Assembly (NCBI RefSeq): GCF_009914755.1
Contig: NC_060938.1
DNA: 64,000 bases
Source of the DNA: the human T2T-CHM13v2.0 reference genome, Homo sapiens
Reading direction: 5' to 3' (one strand)
The position numbers and the translations under genes were made by a program. The notes under the pieces were generated by a model, which saw only the letters and a list, made by a program, of their open reading frames with translations, ran no database searches and was not told the origin of the DNA. Below, piece after piece: positions 11,983-24,870 of the stretch. The number at the start of each line of letters is the position of its first letter. Position 1 is the stretch's first letter.

Positions 11983-13715
11983 TTCCCTCTGTTTCCTAAT
12001 TATTCATATTTCTCCCACATTCAAAATTCATCAACTCCTTCTCAAAATACCCAAATATCTTATCCCATTGATGCACCAAGCTCGTTCTTAACGTCTTAAA
12101 TAACATCATGTAAATTATATCTAGGTAAAAATGACGCTCTTGAGTACAATTCTTTCTCTATCCGAAGACCTTTGGTTAAAGAGACATGTGATCTTTCCAA
12201 CACCCACCCAGCATACAAGGGTGAGACAGGGATACAATAGACACATCTACCTAAATGTGTGTGCAGGAGTGGGAGAGAGGGGAGATGGGAGGCGGAGTCC
12301 TCAGTAGTTCATAGTAATTCTGAAATCCACATAAGGTCACATCACTTACCAAAACATGAGAGGTTCAGTGCAGGTCCTGCTGATCACCACACAGAATACC
12401 AATCACCAAGACAACAAGTGTTGCTAGGGAAAAAGGTTTTATTGGGTGCTGCAGCTAAGGAGATGGGAGATTAGTCTCAAATCCATCTCCCTGACTAAAA
12501 TTAGGGGTTAATATAGCAGAAATATAATGACCTGCAGGAAAATAGGAATTAGGAAAAAGAAAAGTTGGTCAACAGGAAGCAGGTGGTCAGTTAGACAATC
12601 ATGATGGTTGAAGGGTCTGACATCTTATTGTCATTGTAAATTTCAGCTCCTTGATACCGTCTGAGAGGACTGATGCTTGGTTTTCTAAGAAAGAAACTCA
12701 GATAAGACAAATGTTACTTTCTTAAGTTTTAAGACTGGGGAGATCAATTTCTATGTTTACTCAAAAGAAACCCAATAAATGTTGGTTCTATGGGACAACT
12801 GGGCTGGATTCATTACCATCCTTCTCCCTTACTCTGGGGTGGACAATGTAAGATGGTTAAGACTCATTTCTGTTCCATTTCACCTAGAAGTGATTCTCCT
12901 TGTTATTTGATTTTGTAATCTGGGCCCTTGACTCTTATCCAGTATGTTGTCCATCTGCTTCCTTACATTAGAAGTTGAGGGGCCCAGAGCCTTATTTGCA
13001 TCTTGAATTGCCTCTACCCTTTGAGACTAAATTATTATAATTCCCTTAAAAACTTTGAGGGCCTTAAAATTTGAATTACAGTCCATTCCATTAGACAAAA
13101 ACTATGCCCACAAATTTCTCCAAGATAGGCCCAGCTCCACTTCAACCTATAGTCATGAAGCCATGGAACAACATATTTAATATGTCCAGAATTCCTTTTT
13201 CTAGAAGAGAATGCCTATAAGGCCTTTTGTTAATAGCATTAGGAGCTCCATATTTGTCTAAGAGGGTCTGAAAGGCTCTGCCTAAAGTCCTTATGAAGGC
13301 TTTATAAACAGTTTTAAAGACACGCCTTTACTTGATTTTAATCCTAACTTTACATTTGATTTTTACCCTAGATGAAGATGTTGTGAAAGATAAATTTTTA
13401 TTTTCCAACATAGAAAGTCCAGATCAGAGATGTTTCCTATAGATTTTGATCGAGAACAAAATAGTTGCTTCTTTTGTTCATCACTATCTTATAACTTCTC
13501 AGACACTAAAATGAAGTCAGTGAGCATTTGAAGCATTCTGCCTGGAAATCCTTGCACAATTCAAAAGTTAATTATAAACATCTTCTGTTGTCTGTATCAC
13601 CATAGATGACCACTTCTGTAGTTATTTTGTCAGTAAATAAAATGGTGAGTGTCCTTTCTGAACCTCCAGTGACATATATTGATTTCTCTGCCTGCAGCAA
13701 TAGTCTCCTTACAGT
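11983..13715 (-). mobile_element. MLT1 internal sequence, interrupted by an ERV1 LTR at 12344-12812
   Basis: Abuts the MLT1 LTR; degenerate MaLR-internal motifs such as CATTCTGCCTGGAAATC near 13535. Confidence 0.55.
12344..12812 (-). mobile_element. ERV1 solo LTR, LOR1/LTR26-like
   Basis: Minus strand begins TGAATCCAGCCCAGTTGTCCCATAGAAC, then AAACATAGAAATTGATCTCCCAGTCTTAAAACTT; minus-strand AATAAA near 12440. Confidence 0.7.
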
Positions 13716-14329
13716 TTTTTAAATGAATTTATTTATATTTTTAATTGGCAAATTAAGTCTAATTCAATACAACAAATAGAAAAATATTTCCTAAATAATC
13801 TGGGTGACAGAATGCCCTAATTCATAATTTCTTTTAGAAATCTTAAAAGAAGATTGTATTTTAGTGAAATGACCCTGAAACAGCTAACACTCAGTACTCA
13901 ACTTCATTGGCAAATTAATAAATATAATTAATTGAAAATTCTCTTCAAAATCTAATTCATTCCTTATTTTCTGTTTTTAAACTGATAACTTATAACCAGA
14001 TTATTAACAATTGAAACATACCACACATAGATAAAATACCAGACATTAGAATAAGTGCAAGAAGAATTTATATCATCTTGCCAGGTTAAAAAAAAACTTA
14101 CTAATATTTTCAAAACTCCCAATAATAAAAATACCAGCCAACAAGTCATTTTGAGCAGAATCATTAGTACAGACACAATTTACCAAATAAATTACCATTA
14201 TTTATCACTAAGAAGGGGACCTATATCAGTCAAAATTAGTATAACTAATTTTGAAAAAACTCAATTTAAACAATAAAAATCTATTATAGTGGCAATTTTT
14301 TGTTTTTGAGAAGTTGTAATTTGCTAAGC

Positions 14330-14460
14330 TCTGTGCAAGGAGGAGGATGCCTTTTATTTCTCCACTTACAGATGAGATTTTTTAAAACATAAGAAACTAG
14401 ACAAAAAACAGACTGCAAGGTCCAAATCCCAAATCCAATGTCTATGCACTTAACTCCCAA
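14330..14460 (-). mobile_element. MIR fragment
   Basis: CCACTTACAGATGAG core plus ATGCACTTAAC. Confidence 0.5.
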
Positions 14461-15365
14461 TCTTGCTATCTTCAGGATTATGGGAAGGAAGGAATGAAGA
14501 CATATTTTTAAAAAGGGATATCTATTTCATGAAGAATTTAAAGCACTTGTTTTAGAATATAGATTCCATGGGAGAAAGAATCTCAGTGTGTTTATTTTTG
14601 CTTTCTCAGGGCACATTTCATTACATCATTTATAAACAGAATGGCTGATAAATGTCTGCAGATTAGACAGCCACTTTGGTTTTATTTCAAAAATTGCATT
14701 ACAGCATAACTTTTCAAGAATTCACATAAGCAATGAGCCATATTTTAAAAATATATATTTCTTTCACAATTCAGAGAATTGGCAATGCCATTCTAAAACA
14801 GTATTATTAACCTATTGTACTTATTTTACAGGTATTCTGTGGGGATCATTGTTCAAATGTCTTGCTTCTCAATCTTCATTAACCTGGGTGAGAGTTTATA
14901 TCTGAGGGAATTGACAATTCCCTTGAATTTCTGGATGTTTTTCTGTGTCAGCTTTTAAGGTTTATAACACCTCTTTGTGTTAATGTTTTATCTCATATCT
15001 AGAATTACAAATTATGCAAGGGCTAAATACTGTCAATATGTGAGTTGGAATAACTTCTGACAATTCCTAGACTAGATTTAGAGAGTTGGTCTTTATCCGT
15101 AACTTTACCTTCTCATTCCACATTCTGAAACACTCCGCTTACTACTTGGTCTGATAGATATTGATGGATGCTAATGTCCTGACTGCTTCAATAAACTGGC
15201 CCCAAGGACCAAGGCTGCATCTAGCTCTGCACTTTTCAATCAACTTCCACACATTTTTCTTTGTTACAATACAAAATTCCTCTCCTCAATCCCTTAGGTT
15301 GTCCTTCCTTCTAAGTAAAATCCGTGTCTCCAAATGCAACAACGAGATCATGTGATTGTGTCTAT

Positions 15366-15740
15366 GGCAGAGACTGCTAAGTGTGCACCAAAATAATGTA
15401 ACCTTCCGGGTTTAGCACTTGAAACGACTAGACTGCATTTCCCAGAATTCCTCTTAGTAGGGGTGGCCATATGCAGAATTCCATGTAATGGAAAGTAACA
15501 GAAAATGATGTATGCCAGTTCTAGGCCTGGTCTATAAATATCTCCATATGTGATTTTTTGCTCTTTCCTCAGAGTCTATCTGAGAGGCAATTTCTAGGGA
15601 AACCTAGAAAGTACATGAAGAAGATGGTGGAGCTACTGTCAGCTTTGGGAACTGAATGACAGCACTTCATGCAACAGGAGAATATCATGCTCCTGAATGC
15701 ATTGAACATGAGTGCTAAATATAGCATTTTTAAATTAGGA
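15366..15740 (+). mobile_element. MLT1J-like LTR
   Basis: TGGCAGAGACTG...CATTTCCCAG...GGCCATATG...TCTAGGCCTGG...AAGATGGTGGAGC. Confidence 0.7.
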
Positions 15741-16229
15741 AGTTAAAATGAAGTATTACTTTAGTCTATTCAGAACCTTAAGTCAGATCCTGCCAAGTGA
15801 AGATTTTTTTCAATATCAGTTTAGAGACATATTAATTGGTGAACACTAATTGCTAAATTAATTGAATATACATATGAATAAATAATTAGGCCTGTGCTGA
15901 TTTATGTTGCTTTTCAACCTGGCTAATTATTGAAGCATATAATAACTATAAAATTTGTAGAGAGAAATAGTAGATTCAGTGTTTATAATTTAAGATTAAA
16001 AAATATATAGACCTATATATGAATAAATAAATATTATTTTATGACTATGAATGTGAAAATAACTACAAATAATATAAATGTGAACAAATATATAATACGT
16101 ATTTATATTTATTTATAAATGTGAAGTTATATGCAAATAAATATATAATTTATCATTTATAAATAAATAAATGTATTATGGTCTTTTCACTACTATATTG
16201 AACTTCTGTGGTAGGTCCTGTCCTAATTA

Positions 16230-18786
16230 AGGTTTTTATGTTAAGTTATTGTAAACCACAGAGGTAACCAAACTTTTTTGTCAATTGTGTTTCTACCTGT
16301 AACTATCCTGGACATTTTCCTATTCACAGACAATTGTTGTCTTGTTTTAATCCTTTTCAAATATGGTTTATAATAAGCTATAGAGCTGTGACAGGTGCTC
16401 TCAAATACAGATTTCTGATAACTTTAGAAATTGTGACATTGAAAAAAAGAAAAATGTACAGGACTAATGAAGAGCTGAAATGGCAAATCAAGAGTTAACT
16501 AAGTGGACTGAACTTAGAAAGCTGAAGAAACCCTTTTAACCCTTGCTTGGAATATTGCTGTTGCTTGTTTTGTTTTTCAGAGTCAAGGAAACTTATTTTG
16601 AACTATTTACAGCCTTTAATAAGTAAGTAAGTTATACTCTGGGATCAAGATTTGGAGCATGTTTGTTTCTCTCTGCCTGGTTCCTCTAGAATTTGGAAAC
16701 TATCTGTGAGTATTCCTAACTTATGGCAGTATAGTTGTTTGCAAGAGTGCAATAATAATCCATTTTTCTTTTGCAACAGCACACAATTGGAAAAATTGGT
16801 TAGTTTACCAAGGCTTTGACTGGGAGGGTATGCTTCCCTTTAAGGGGTCAGTCTCCACTTGCAGAGCCAATAAAAGCCCCATGGGGAGACTGGCCTTATA
16901 CCCTTACCTACACAGTACCTGTCAGGGTTTCTGACTGGTGGTCAGTAAAGAATGTCACTTTCTAACACGTCTAGGAGCTCCAAGTTTATCTTGGGACCTT
17001 AAGAGGAGAGAATCACCCAATTCATAGGTGTTTGAGGGTACAAACTCATGGTTGAGCTTGGCTTAAAGGTCTTATCTGAGACTCCTCATGGAATAAACTT
17101 CCATCAAAGCCAATCCAAAAGGCCTATGTCAAATAATTACTCTGGCTGCATTTTATGCAAGTAATCAGGCCAAGTATAAAACTAAAGTCTATTTTGCAAA
17201 CCATTCAGTCCTATGATGATTTTTTAACAAACATGGGGACTGGAGAGAGAGAGAGAAATCATGTTTCAAAACTTATCATACATTTGTCATTAAATTCTAA
17301 ACTTATTAGTTGTTTTTAAGTTTTTGTCTACATTTTAGACTATCCCTGCTTGCTCCTGTGAGCCAACCAGAAATCCTTGGCTGCAGCTTAGAAAGAGCAA
17401 GAGGAATGGGTAATGTAGAAATCCAGATCAATATTATAGTTCTGCACAATTATCCTGCAAATCCTGCCAGGTGATGGAATAAATAGAGTGCCCATCACCT
17501 GGCAGTTTCCTTTTTGGGAAAGTAAGACCAAGGGAACTAACCAAAGCCAAGCACCATGCACCCAAATCCTAGCAAGCATAACTATAGCTACCAGTTATCT
17601 GTGTGTGTCACATCCTTTTCTCTCCTTTGTTGGAGGAGGACTCAGTTCAACAGTTTCACCTTAGCACTTGGCTTATAATAAGGAGTCCATGCAATGCCCC
17701 TTGAGACACGTTTTTGTCCCAGACTCAATTTCAAGCTTCGGGTCAAAGCCCTAGGAAAGAAAACTGGATCTGGAAGATCCAGAGGCAAATGACAACAGAG
17801 GTTGTCACAGCGCAGGTGAGCATGGCTGATTCCTGCGAATTAAGCCAACCTGAAGCTTCCTGTTTCATGGATAAAGGCCACATTAGTATCCATGACATAC
17901 CTGTGGTCTAGGGAACTCCAAGGCTACTGACAGCAAAAGAGATACGGTGTATGTGGGTAAGAGCAGATGATTCTCAGCCCCTAGGCCCCCCTGCTTCATG
18001 GGTGCAAACTGCTTTGGCACACATGGTGGCGCCTGACAAGGTCACTGGAACTCAGGGATGCAAGGATGGAAGAGAAAAAGAGGATGCTCTTCCTTCTCTC
18101 CCTCATGTACCCTGGGTATCTGCTGGGAAGAGAAAGGAGCCAGCGATTCCTGCTTCCCTTTTTCTAGATGGGTAGCCATTCATCTTTAGTTTGCACCCCT
18201 TTCAAATGCATTCTGAACCCTCAGGACTACTTTAAAAAATGTCTTCGTATTTTTCCTTTCTTTTCCTTGGTTCTCTCTTCACTAAGAGGTAATTGTGTCT
18301 CTGTACTATGAGACACTCCCCTCAGATGCATCCTCCAGACTGGAAAGAGTTAATTTCCCAAACCTTAAACTGGTTGGTTTAGGATTGGATTTAGAGGAAG
18401 GAAACCCAGAAGCCCAACATGCTGGCAAAAGGGTACAGTTTCTTTGACAGTCAGGCTTTTGGCCTCCCTCTCCCTGTGCAAATTGATAAAAGGCCTTGGA
18501 ATTTTTGAGCTGTCTTTGCACCTCTCTGTTTCGTTTTGATACATGTTTTCTAATAACCTGGTTTGTCTGTTCTTGCCTTCAGGCCATCAGACTGCAAACA
18601 GTCATACAACTGGAGCCTCTGATGATGGCCCCTTCTGCTGGGAACGCTTAGATAGGCCTCTGAGGGAGCTCTGACTGCTGTTTCCCCCTAAACAGCGCCC
18701 CCTGTCCGCAGGAAGCAGTTAAGATCGGTCTTCGTTCTTAATCCTTAATCTAAGGGCAGTTAGATACACTTCTTTAGAGGGGGGAA
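16230..18786 (+). mobile_element. Non-autonomous ERV1 internal region (MER61-int / MER4 group), 5' truncated
   Basis: MER4-group internal motifs (TCAGAGTCAAGGAAACTT, TTTACCAAGGCTTTGACTGG, ATCAGGCCAAGTATAA); ends in polypurine tract AGAGGGGGGAA (18776-18786) abutting an LTR. Confidence 0.8.
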
Positions 18787-19112
18787 TGAGACAGCTAGGT
18801 GAGTGGGGGTCCCTGGAAAAACTCCAACCGGCCTGCACACTGGGGTGGAACCTTGGGAAGTTCACGTGCCATTTGCAGCAGAAAGGAGCCTGGCTCCTCC
18901 TCTTCTTGTGTGGGACCAGGGATTCAAACTGCTGGGTGGGATGCAATCTAGCGGAGGGACTCTGGCCTTGCGAGAGTCCCTGTGTCACCTTTGCTTCCTT
19001 TTCATCGAAAGAAATCCTGTCTTACTCACTATTCAAATTGTCTGTGAGCCTGAATTTTCGCGGTCATGGGACAAAGAACCCCTTAGCTGAACTAAGGAAA
19101 AGTCCTGCAACA
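18787..19112 (+). mobile_element. MER61(A-like) 3' LTR
   Basis: Starts TGAGACAGCTAGGTG...GGTCCCTGGAAAAACTCCAACC; ends AGCTGAACTAAGGAAAAGTCCTGCAACA; TG...CA termini. Confidence 0.85.
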
Positions 19113-19740
19113 TTAACTTTGTTGAAATAAATAATTTTCACAGATAAATTTTAAATAAAATTCTCATAAATTGTATGGATAAGAGAATATAGAGCTATGT
19201 GGTGATTCAAATGATAAAGAAGGAATTGAACAGTTTTCTGTACCTGCCAGTCTTTCCATATAATAGCTGTTTGTAATTTTATCAATAACGGTATATTCTA
19301 AATAAATATCAATGAAATGACCTGCACAATTGTCACTGTCTCTTCCCTGAAATCTAAGATTGGCTACAAGCCCCAATATAAAACTCAGCTCTCCTCTATG
19401 AAGTTTTTCTTAATGATCTCTCCTTTGAATTTTTGTAAGTATTACCTACTGCTCTCATTGCTTAAACATCAATATTTGTTTTCATTTCCAATTATTGCAA
19501 ACAGTAATAGATTGCTTATCTTGTCATATTTTGTCCTTAAGGCAAAATAATTTAAACTTAAATATTTGGCAATCATTGAGTGTACAGATATGTGCTTCAT
19601 ATTTGCAAACACACTAATGAACAGAATAAAGGTTAATTAGTTCATTAAAGTAATTTTAAAGGTGTTTATATATATTGTGAAGAACATAACTTAGAATTAC
19701 CAATGTGAGATTATCAGTACTGCAGGAGAACGTACAATAA

Positions 19741-20089
<349 letters not shown>

Positions 20090-20559
20090 TTATAAAAACT
20101 TAATTCTTAAGCAAAGAAAAGCTGAAGTTAAACGAATAAACTCTCATTACACTGATCAGATTCCTCGATCTTTCTTAGCTAACTTCAGGGTAAGTAAGTG
20201 ACTCTGCTTGTTTTTCTACGCAGTGTGGCGTTTTCTTCAATTGATCAGAGCCCATGCACATTTGCGCATGTCTCAGTGCACAGACCATAGAGTTCATATC
20301 ATTTCCCAGCTTAAAGAGGAAACATTTCTGAGAATGTGCAAGTAGATTTTTATAAGCCTCGTTCTTTATTTTGTTCCAAGTTCTGTAGTTCCTTATTACA
20401 CAAATGAATCTATTCTTTCTTTCATATAAACGCAAGTGCTAATTTGTCTTCTGAAATATATTAGCATTATTCAGTCTCAATTCCAGCATTTCACCTATAC
20501 ACACAATCCTCCCAGTGAGATAACCTAGATAGCTAGTTGTTTTTATGTGGGTTATATAT

Positions 20560-20940
20560 TGCTCTCATAAAGAACTATGGTTTACCACATTCTTTAAAAC
20601 GTATAGTTTGAAATATTCCAGTCATGAAAATGTATGCTTATGTGCATAGTTTAAGAAATACATTATAAATAGAGTTGTGTCCTTATGTACTCCCTCCCCA
20701 AACATATCCTTTTTCCATACTCTCACGATGCCTACTCTTTTGGTTTTCAGATTTATCCTTTCCATATATTTCTTCGTATTTTTATTTCATAAGCATATTT
20801 CCTCAACATTGTATGGCTTACAAGGCATGCATTTGAATTTTATATAAGTTGTTTTATATCAGTCATATCATTTTTTACTTGTTCTTCCTTCACTCAATTT
20901 TATGTTTGTAAGAGTCTTGCATATCAATACATATGACAAA
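20560..20940 (-). mobile_element. Degenerate L1ME-like 3' fragment
   Basis: GAATTTTATATAAG...TTCCTTCACTCAATTTTATGTTTG resembles reverse-complement old L1. Confidence 0.45.
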
Positions 20941-21078
20941 AACTATTTTTTTTTTATTTAGAAAGTCTGTTTTCTTGGGATAGAAGCCGCATGGCTGAAC
21001 TCTATTCCCTAGCCTTCTTCATGGATAAGTGTAGCCATGTAATCAAATGCTAGATAATGATATGTGAATGGAAATGAT

Positions 21079-22424
21079 GGTCTCAGATGGAAATGAAGAA
21101 CATGGCACTGGAAACTGGGGTAAAGGCTATCCTTTCAACACAGTTGCAAAGAGATTGTCAGAACTGTGTCTATGTCCTAGGTCTTCATGGAAGACAGAAC
21201 TTAACAGTGATGAACTAGGGTGTCAGACAGAAGAAATACCTAGGTAGCAAAGCATTCAAAGTACGTCATGGCTTCTTTTAGTCATGTTCAGTAACGTAAG
21301 AAAAGATAAATCAATTTATAGATTGAATTTATAATTAAAAGGGAAGCAGAACAAAAAGATTTGGAAAACTCTCAGCCTGGCCACATAAAGAATAAAAAAG
21401 GGTGTTCAGGAGAAAATACTAAGAGTGTGGCCAGCAACCATTTGCTAAAGGGATTAAAATACATAGAAGGCAGCCAGGTTTAATTCATCAGGACAATGAA
21501 ATAATAATCTTCAAAGTATTTCAGATCTTTTTGAGGCCAGCTAGGACTCTGAGGGCATGGTTTCTAGAGAGATGCCAGAGGAAACTTCGTATTTGCCACC
21601 TAGAGCTGCCTTGGGACTTTAATCCCTGCATCCTGAGAGAGTGTTCCTCATCCACCCCACCCATGGCTCAAGTAGCCCAAGTGTAACTGGACCCATTGCT
21701 CTGATAAGTCCTGGTGGCGTCCACATTGTGCTGACTCTGTAGGCATGCAGAGTGTGTGGGCTGTGAGGCCATGGTGGTCTCTACTTAGATTTCAAAGGAT
21801 GTTGAGGATGGCTTGGGGACCCAGGCAAGAACATACCACAGAGGCAAAGCCACTGCAGAGAATTCACACTCAGGCCATTCCTAGTGGAGCTATGAGAGTG
21901 AGGTTACCACTGAGACCCTAGAACTGTAGAGCTACCAGCACACAATACCTTCTGGGAGAGCTGCAGGCATAAGGCCCCAACCCACGAGAGCTGTGCAGGC
22001 TTAGCCCAGCAAAGCCAAAGGGGTGTGGCTCCCTGAAACCTTAGAGACCCACCCTCTAAGGAGTCAAAGGAGATTATTCTTCAGCTTTAAGATTTCATAT
22101 TTTTTTGCCCTGTTGGGTTTTGGATTTACTTGGCGCCAGTTATCTCTTTCTTTTTGTGTATTTCTCCCCATTGGAATGTGAATGTCTGTCCTATGCCTGT
22201 CCTGCAGTTGTATTTTGAAAGTAGATAAGTTGTTTAGATTTAACAAGCTTACAGGTGAAGAGAATTCTATATTAACTCTCACACATATCCTGATTTAGAT
22301 GAGACTTTGTACATTGGACTTGTGATTTAATGCAGGAAAGATTTAAGACTTTTGGAGCTACTGAGATGGAATGAATGTATTTTGCACTCTGAAAAGACAT
22401 GAATTTTGGTGGCCAGGGGTAGAA
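21079..22424 (+). mobile_element. MST-type MaLR internal sequence
   Basis: GTCTCAGATGGAAATGAAGAAC...GGAAACTGG...; ends GGCCAGGGGTAGAA directly before the LTR. Confidence 0.85.
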
Positions 22425-22803
22425 TGCTATGGTTTGAATGTGTTCCCCAAAGTTCATGTGTTGAAAACTTAATCCCCAATGCAACATGTTAGTACAGGGC
22501 ACCTAATAAAAAGTGATTAGGATATGGGTAGATGAATATTGCTATATCACTAGTAAGTTAGTTTCTCAAGATGGGGCTTGTTATAAAAGTGAGTTTGGCC
22601 TCCTCTTGCTTCTCTCTCTTGCTTGTGCCATCTTGATCGTCTGCCTTCCACCATGGGGTGACACAACTAGAAGGTTCTCACCAGATGCCAGCATCTTAAC
22701 CTTGAACTTATCACCCTCCAGAAACGTTAGAAAAAAATATTTGTCCTTTATAAATTACCTGGTCTCAGATATTCTGTTATAATAACACAAATTGACAAAA
22801 ACA
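22425..22803 (+). mobile_element. MSTD-like 3' LTR
   Basis: TGCTATGGTTTGAATGTGTTCCCCAAAGTTCATGTGTTG...TTTATAAATTACC...ACA. Confidence 0.85.
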
Positions 22804-24734
22804 ATAACTAAATTATAATTTTAAAATCAAGGAGTATCTTAGGGTTTCTTTTAGGTAGACTCTTACACACAGTAATACAAATTGCATGTATTGCATGCTT
22901 TGAATGAGTTATTTCTTTTCAAGGTTGTCTAAAATTTTATTATTTACAAAACAGTGAAATTCTTAAATACAATTAAATATTTTAAGACTACATATCATAT
23001 ATTCATGAAAAATTGAGTAAATTTCCAGTTGCTTTCTTTCTAATTATCCACATATCTTTCAAATGCAAAGGAAAAACAATTTAGTTTTATTAAATTTAAG
23101 TTATGCTGAGATAAATTTCAAGTCAGCAGGAGCTATAACTTAGAGAGGTTATGTAAATAATTAACCTTTGAAAATAATACTTGCAATGTGAACATACATA
23201 TCAATAAAAATAATTACCAGATTCTATTCACCTTTAGCCAAAGATTGCAGTGGGTAATTTAGAAAACATTCAAAATATTTGCATATCATTCAGAGTATTA
23301 CATTTTCTCAGGTTCTCGGTATTAATAGGCCAAGACAACAAAGCTTCTATATCAGTGTGTAAAGAGGCACAGTGATTATTTAATTGACAAGCAGTAACAA
23401 CCTCTTCATTAGAAAAACAATACTAAGCTTTATTTGTTGATTTTATTGCTTAGGACAATAAGCTGATTTCCTAAGTTGTCAGTGTTAGACCTTAAATTGT
23501 AAAAGGAATTTTCCAACAAAAATCAGACAAGGAAGAAGAGGTATTGCTATAAAAATAGAAGGTTTTTAATGAGTTTGTTTATCTATTCATCAATATGTGG
23601 TCTTTACAAAAGAGTAAAACATAGGCATATAAAAACAACTTATTTTGTGTGTGAAACATTTAAACAGCTATTTAATTATTCAGTTTCTGTTTATGCACCA
23701 TTGAAATTCTGTTTGCTCTTTGATTCTTTCTAGCAGATTTAAAATAACTGAGATCTTCATCCTCTTGTATATATGATAAATGAGATTATGAAACTTCCAT
23801 TGTTAAGAGTAACCTTTAATTGCCATGATTAAAGAAAATCACATTCTTATATTGGAAGAAGGTACCCACCACAGGTTCCTTTGCTTTTCTTTGGAGATTC
23901 TGATAGTCACTCTTACGTCCAAAGATTTTTTTTTTCTGATCTCTTTTTTTCATATTGTATTGAGGTATTTAGGAGGAAATTAGGTTTATTCTAGTTTCAC
24001 AGTTTATTGACACTCGGTGTAAATGGTACACTGACGTGACTCCTAGGTGTTGTAAGTGTGGGATTTTCTCCTATGTCCATCCCCAGTTCAACCTCTTCCC
24101 TCTCACTTTCCAGGCTCACAATCTGTTACCCTTCCTTCAGGAATGAGTGCTGTAAAATATTTTAATTATGTGGATAATTCACCTTTGAGAGGAATATTGC
24201 ACATCTCGTGTAGAATATGGAGTTGGGTGGATTACACCTGGGCCTTGGAATGGATACGAGGAATAGCAGGGATCACCAACAAAATACTAATGGGAGGGCT
24301 TCTTGAAATGTCCAAACTTGTAAAGTCACTTCCCAGAAATTAGCTGATTTGTCAAAAAAATAAAAATGGGAAATAGTTTTGTCATTTAAAAAGTGGGCTA
24401 GGATACACAACACATAATTTGAGAAATTTTTGTTAAATATTGTGTACAAAGAGCTGGATTAAAGTAACAAGAAACCTGTTCACAATTCTAATTAAAAAAA
24501 AAAAATGGTAAACCATTGTACAAAGTCAGTGAATAACACTCAGGACTCATCTCTAAATTAGAAGAAAGGATAAGTAAAGCCAATTCCAAGATAGAGCCAG
24601 ACCACTCGTCCTGGAGAGTTTTCAACTTCCAGCCTGTATCATGCAGCATTTGAGAACTCCTGCTATGGGCCTCCATTATAAAATTCAGTATAATTTTATA
24701 AAGTACAAAATTTAGTAAGCAGTCTTCTATCAGT

Positions 24735-24870
24735 TTTTTATTTATTGATTTTGGTCATTGTACTTTGCTGATGTAAGATGTTAATAATTGAAAAGCCTAG
24801 GGAAATGATGTATACAAACTGTATTATTTCATCAAATTATAAATAGAAATTATTTAAATATGAAGTGCTT
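24735..24870 (+). mobile_element. Old L1 3' terminal fragment
   Basis: GATTTTGGTCATTGTACT...ATGTAAGATGTTAATAATTG. Confidence 0.5.

Noticed and set aside
18787-19112. p53 response element, known in some MER61 subfamilies
   Set aside because: No RRRCWWGYYY dimer is visible in this copy.
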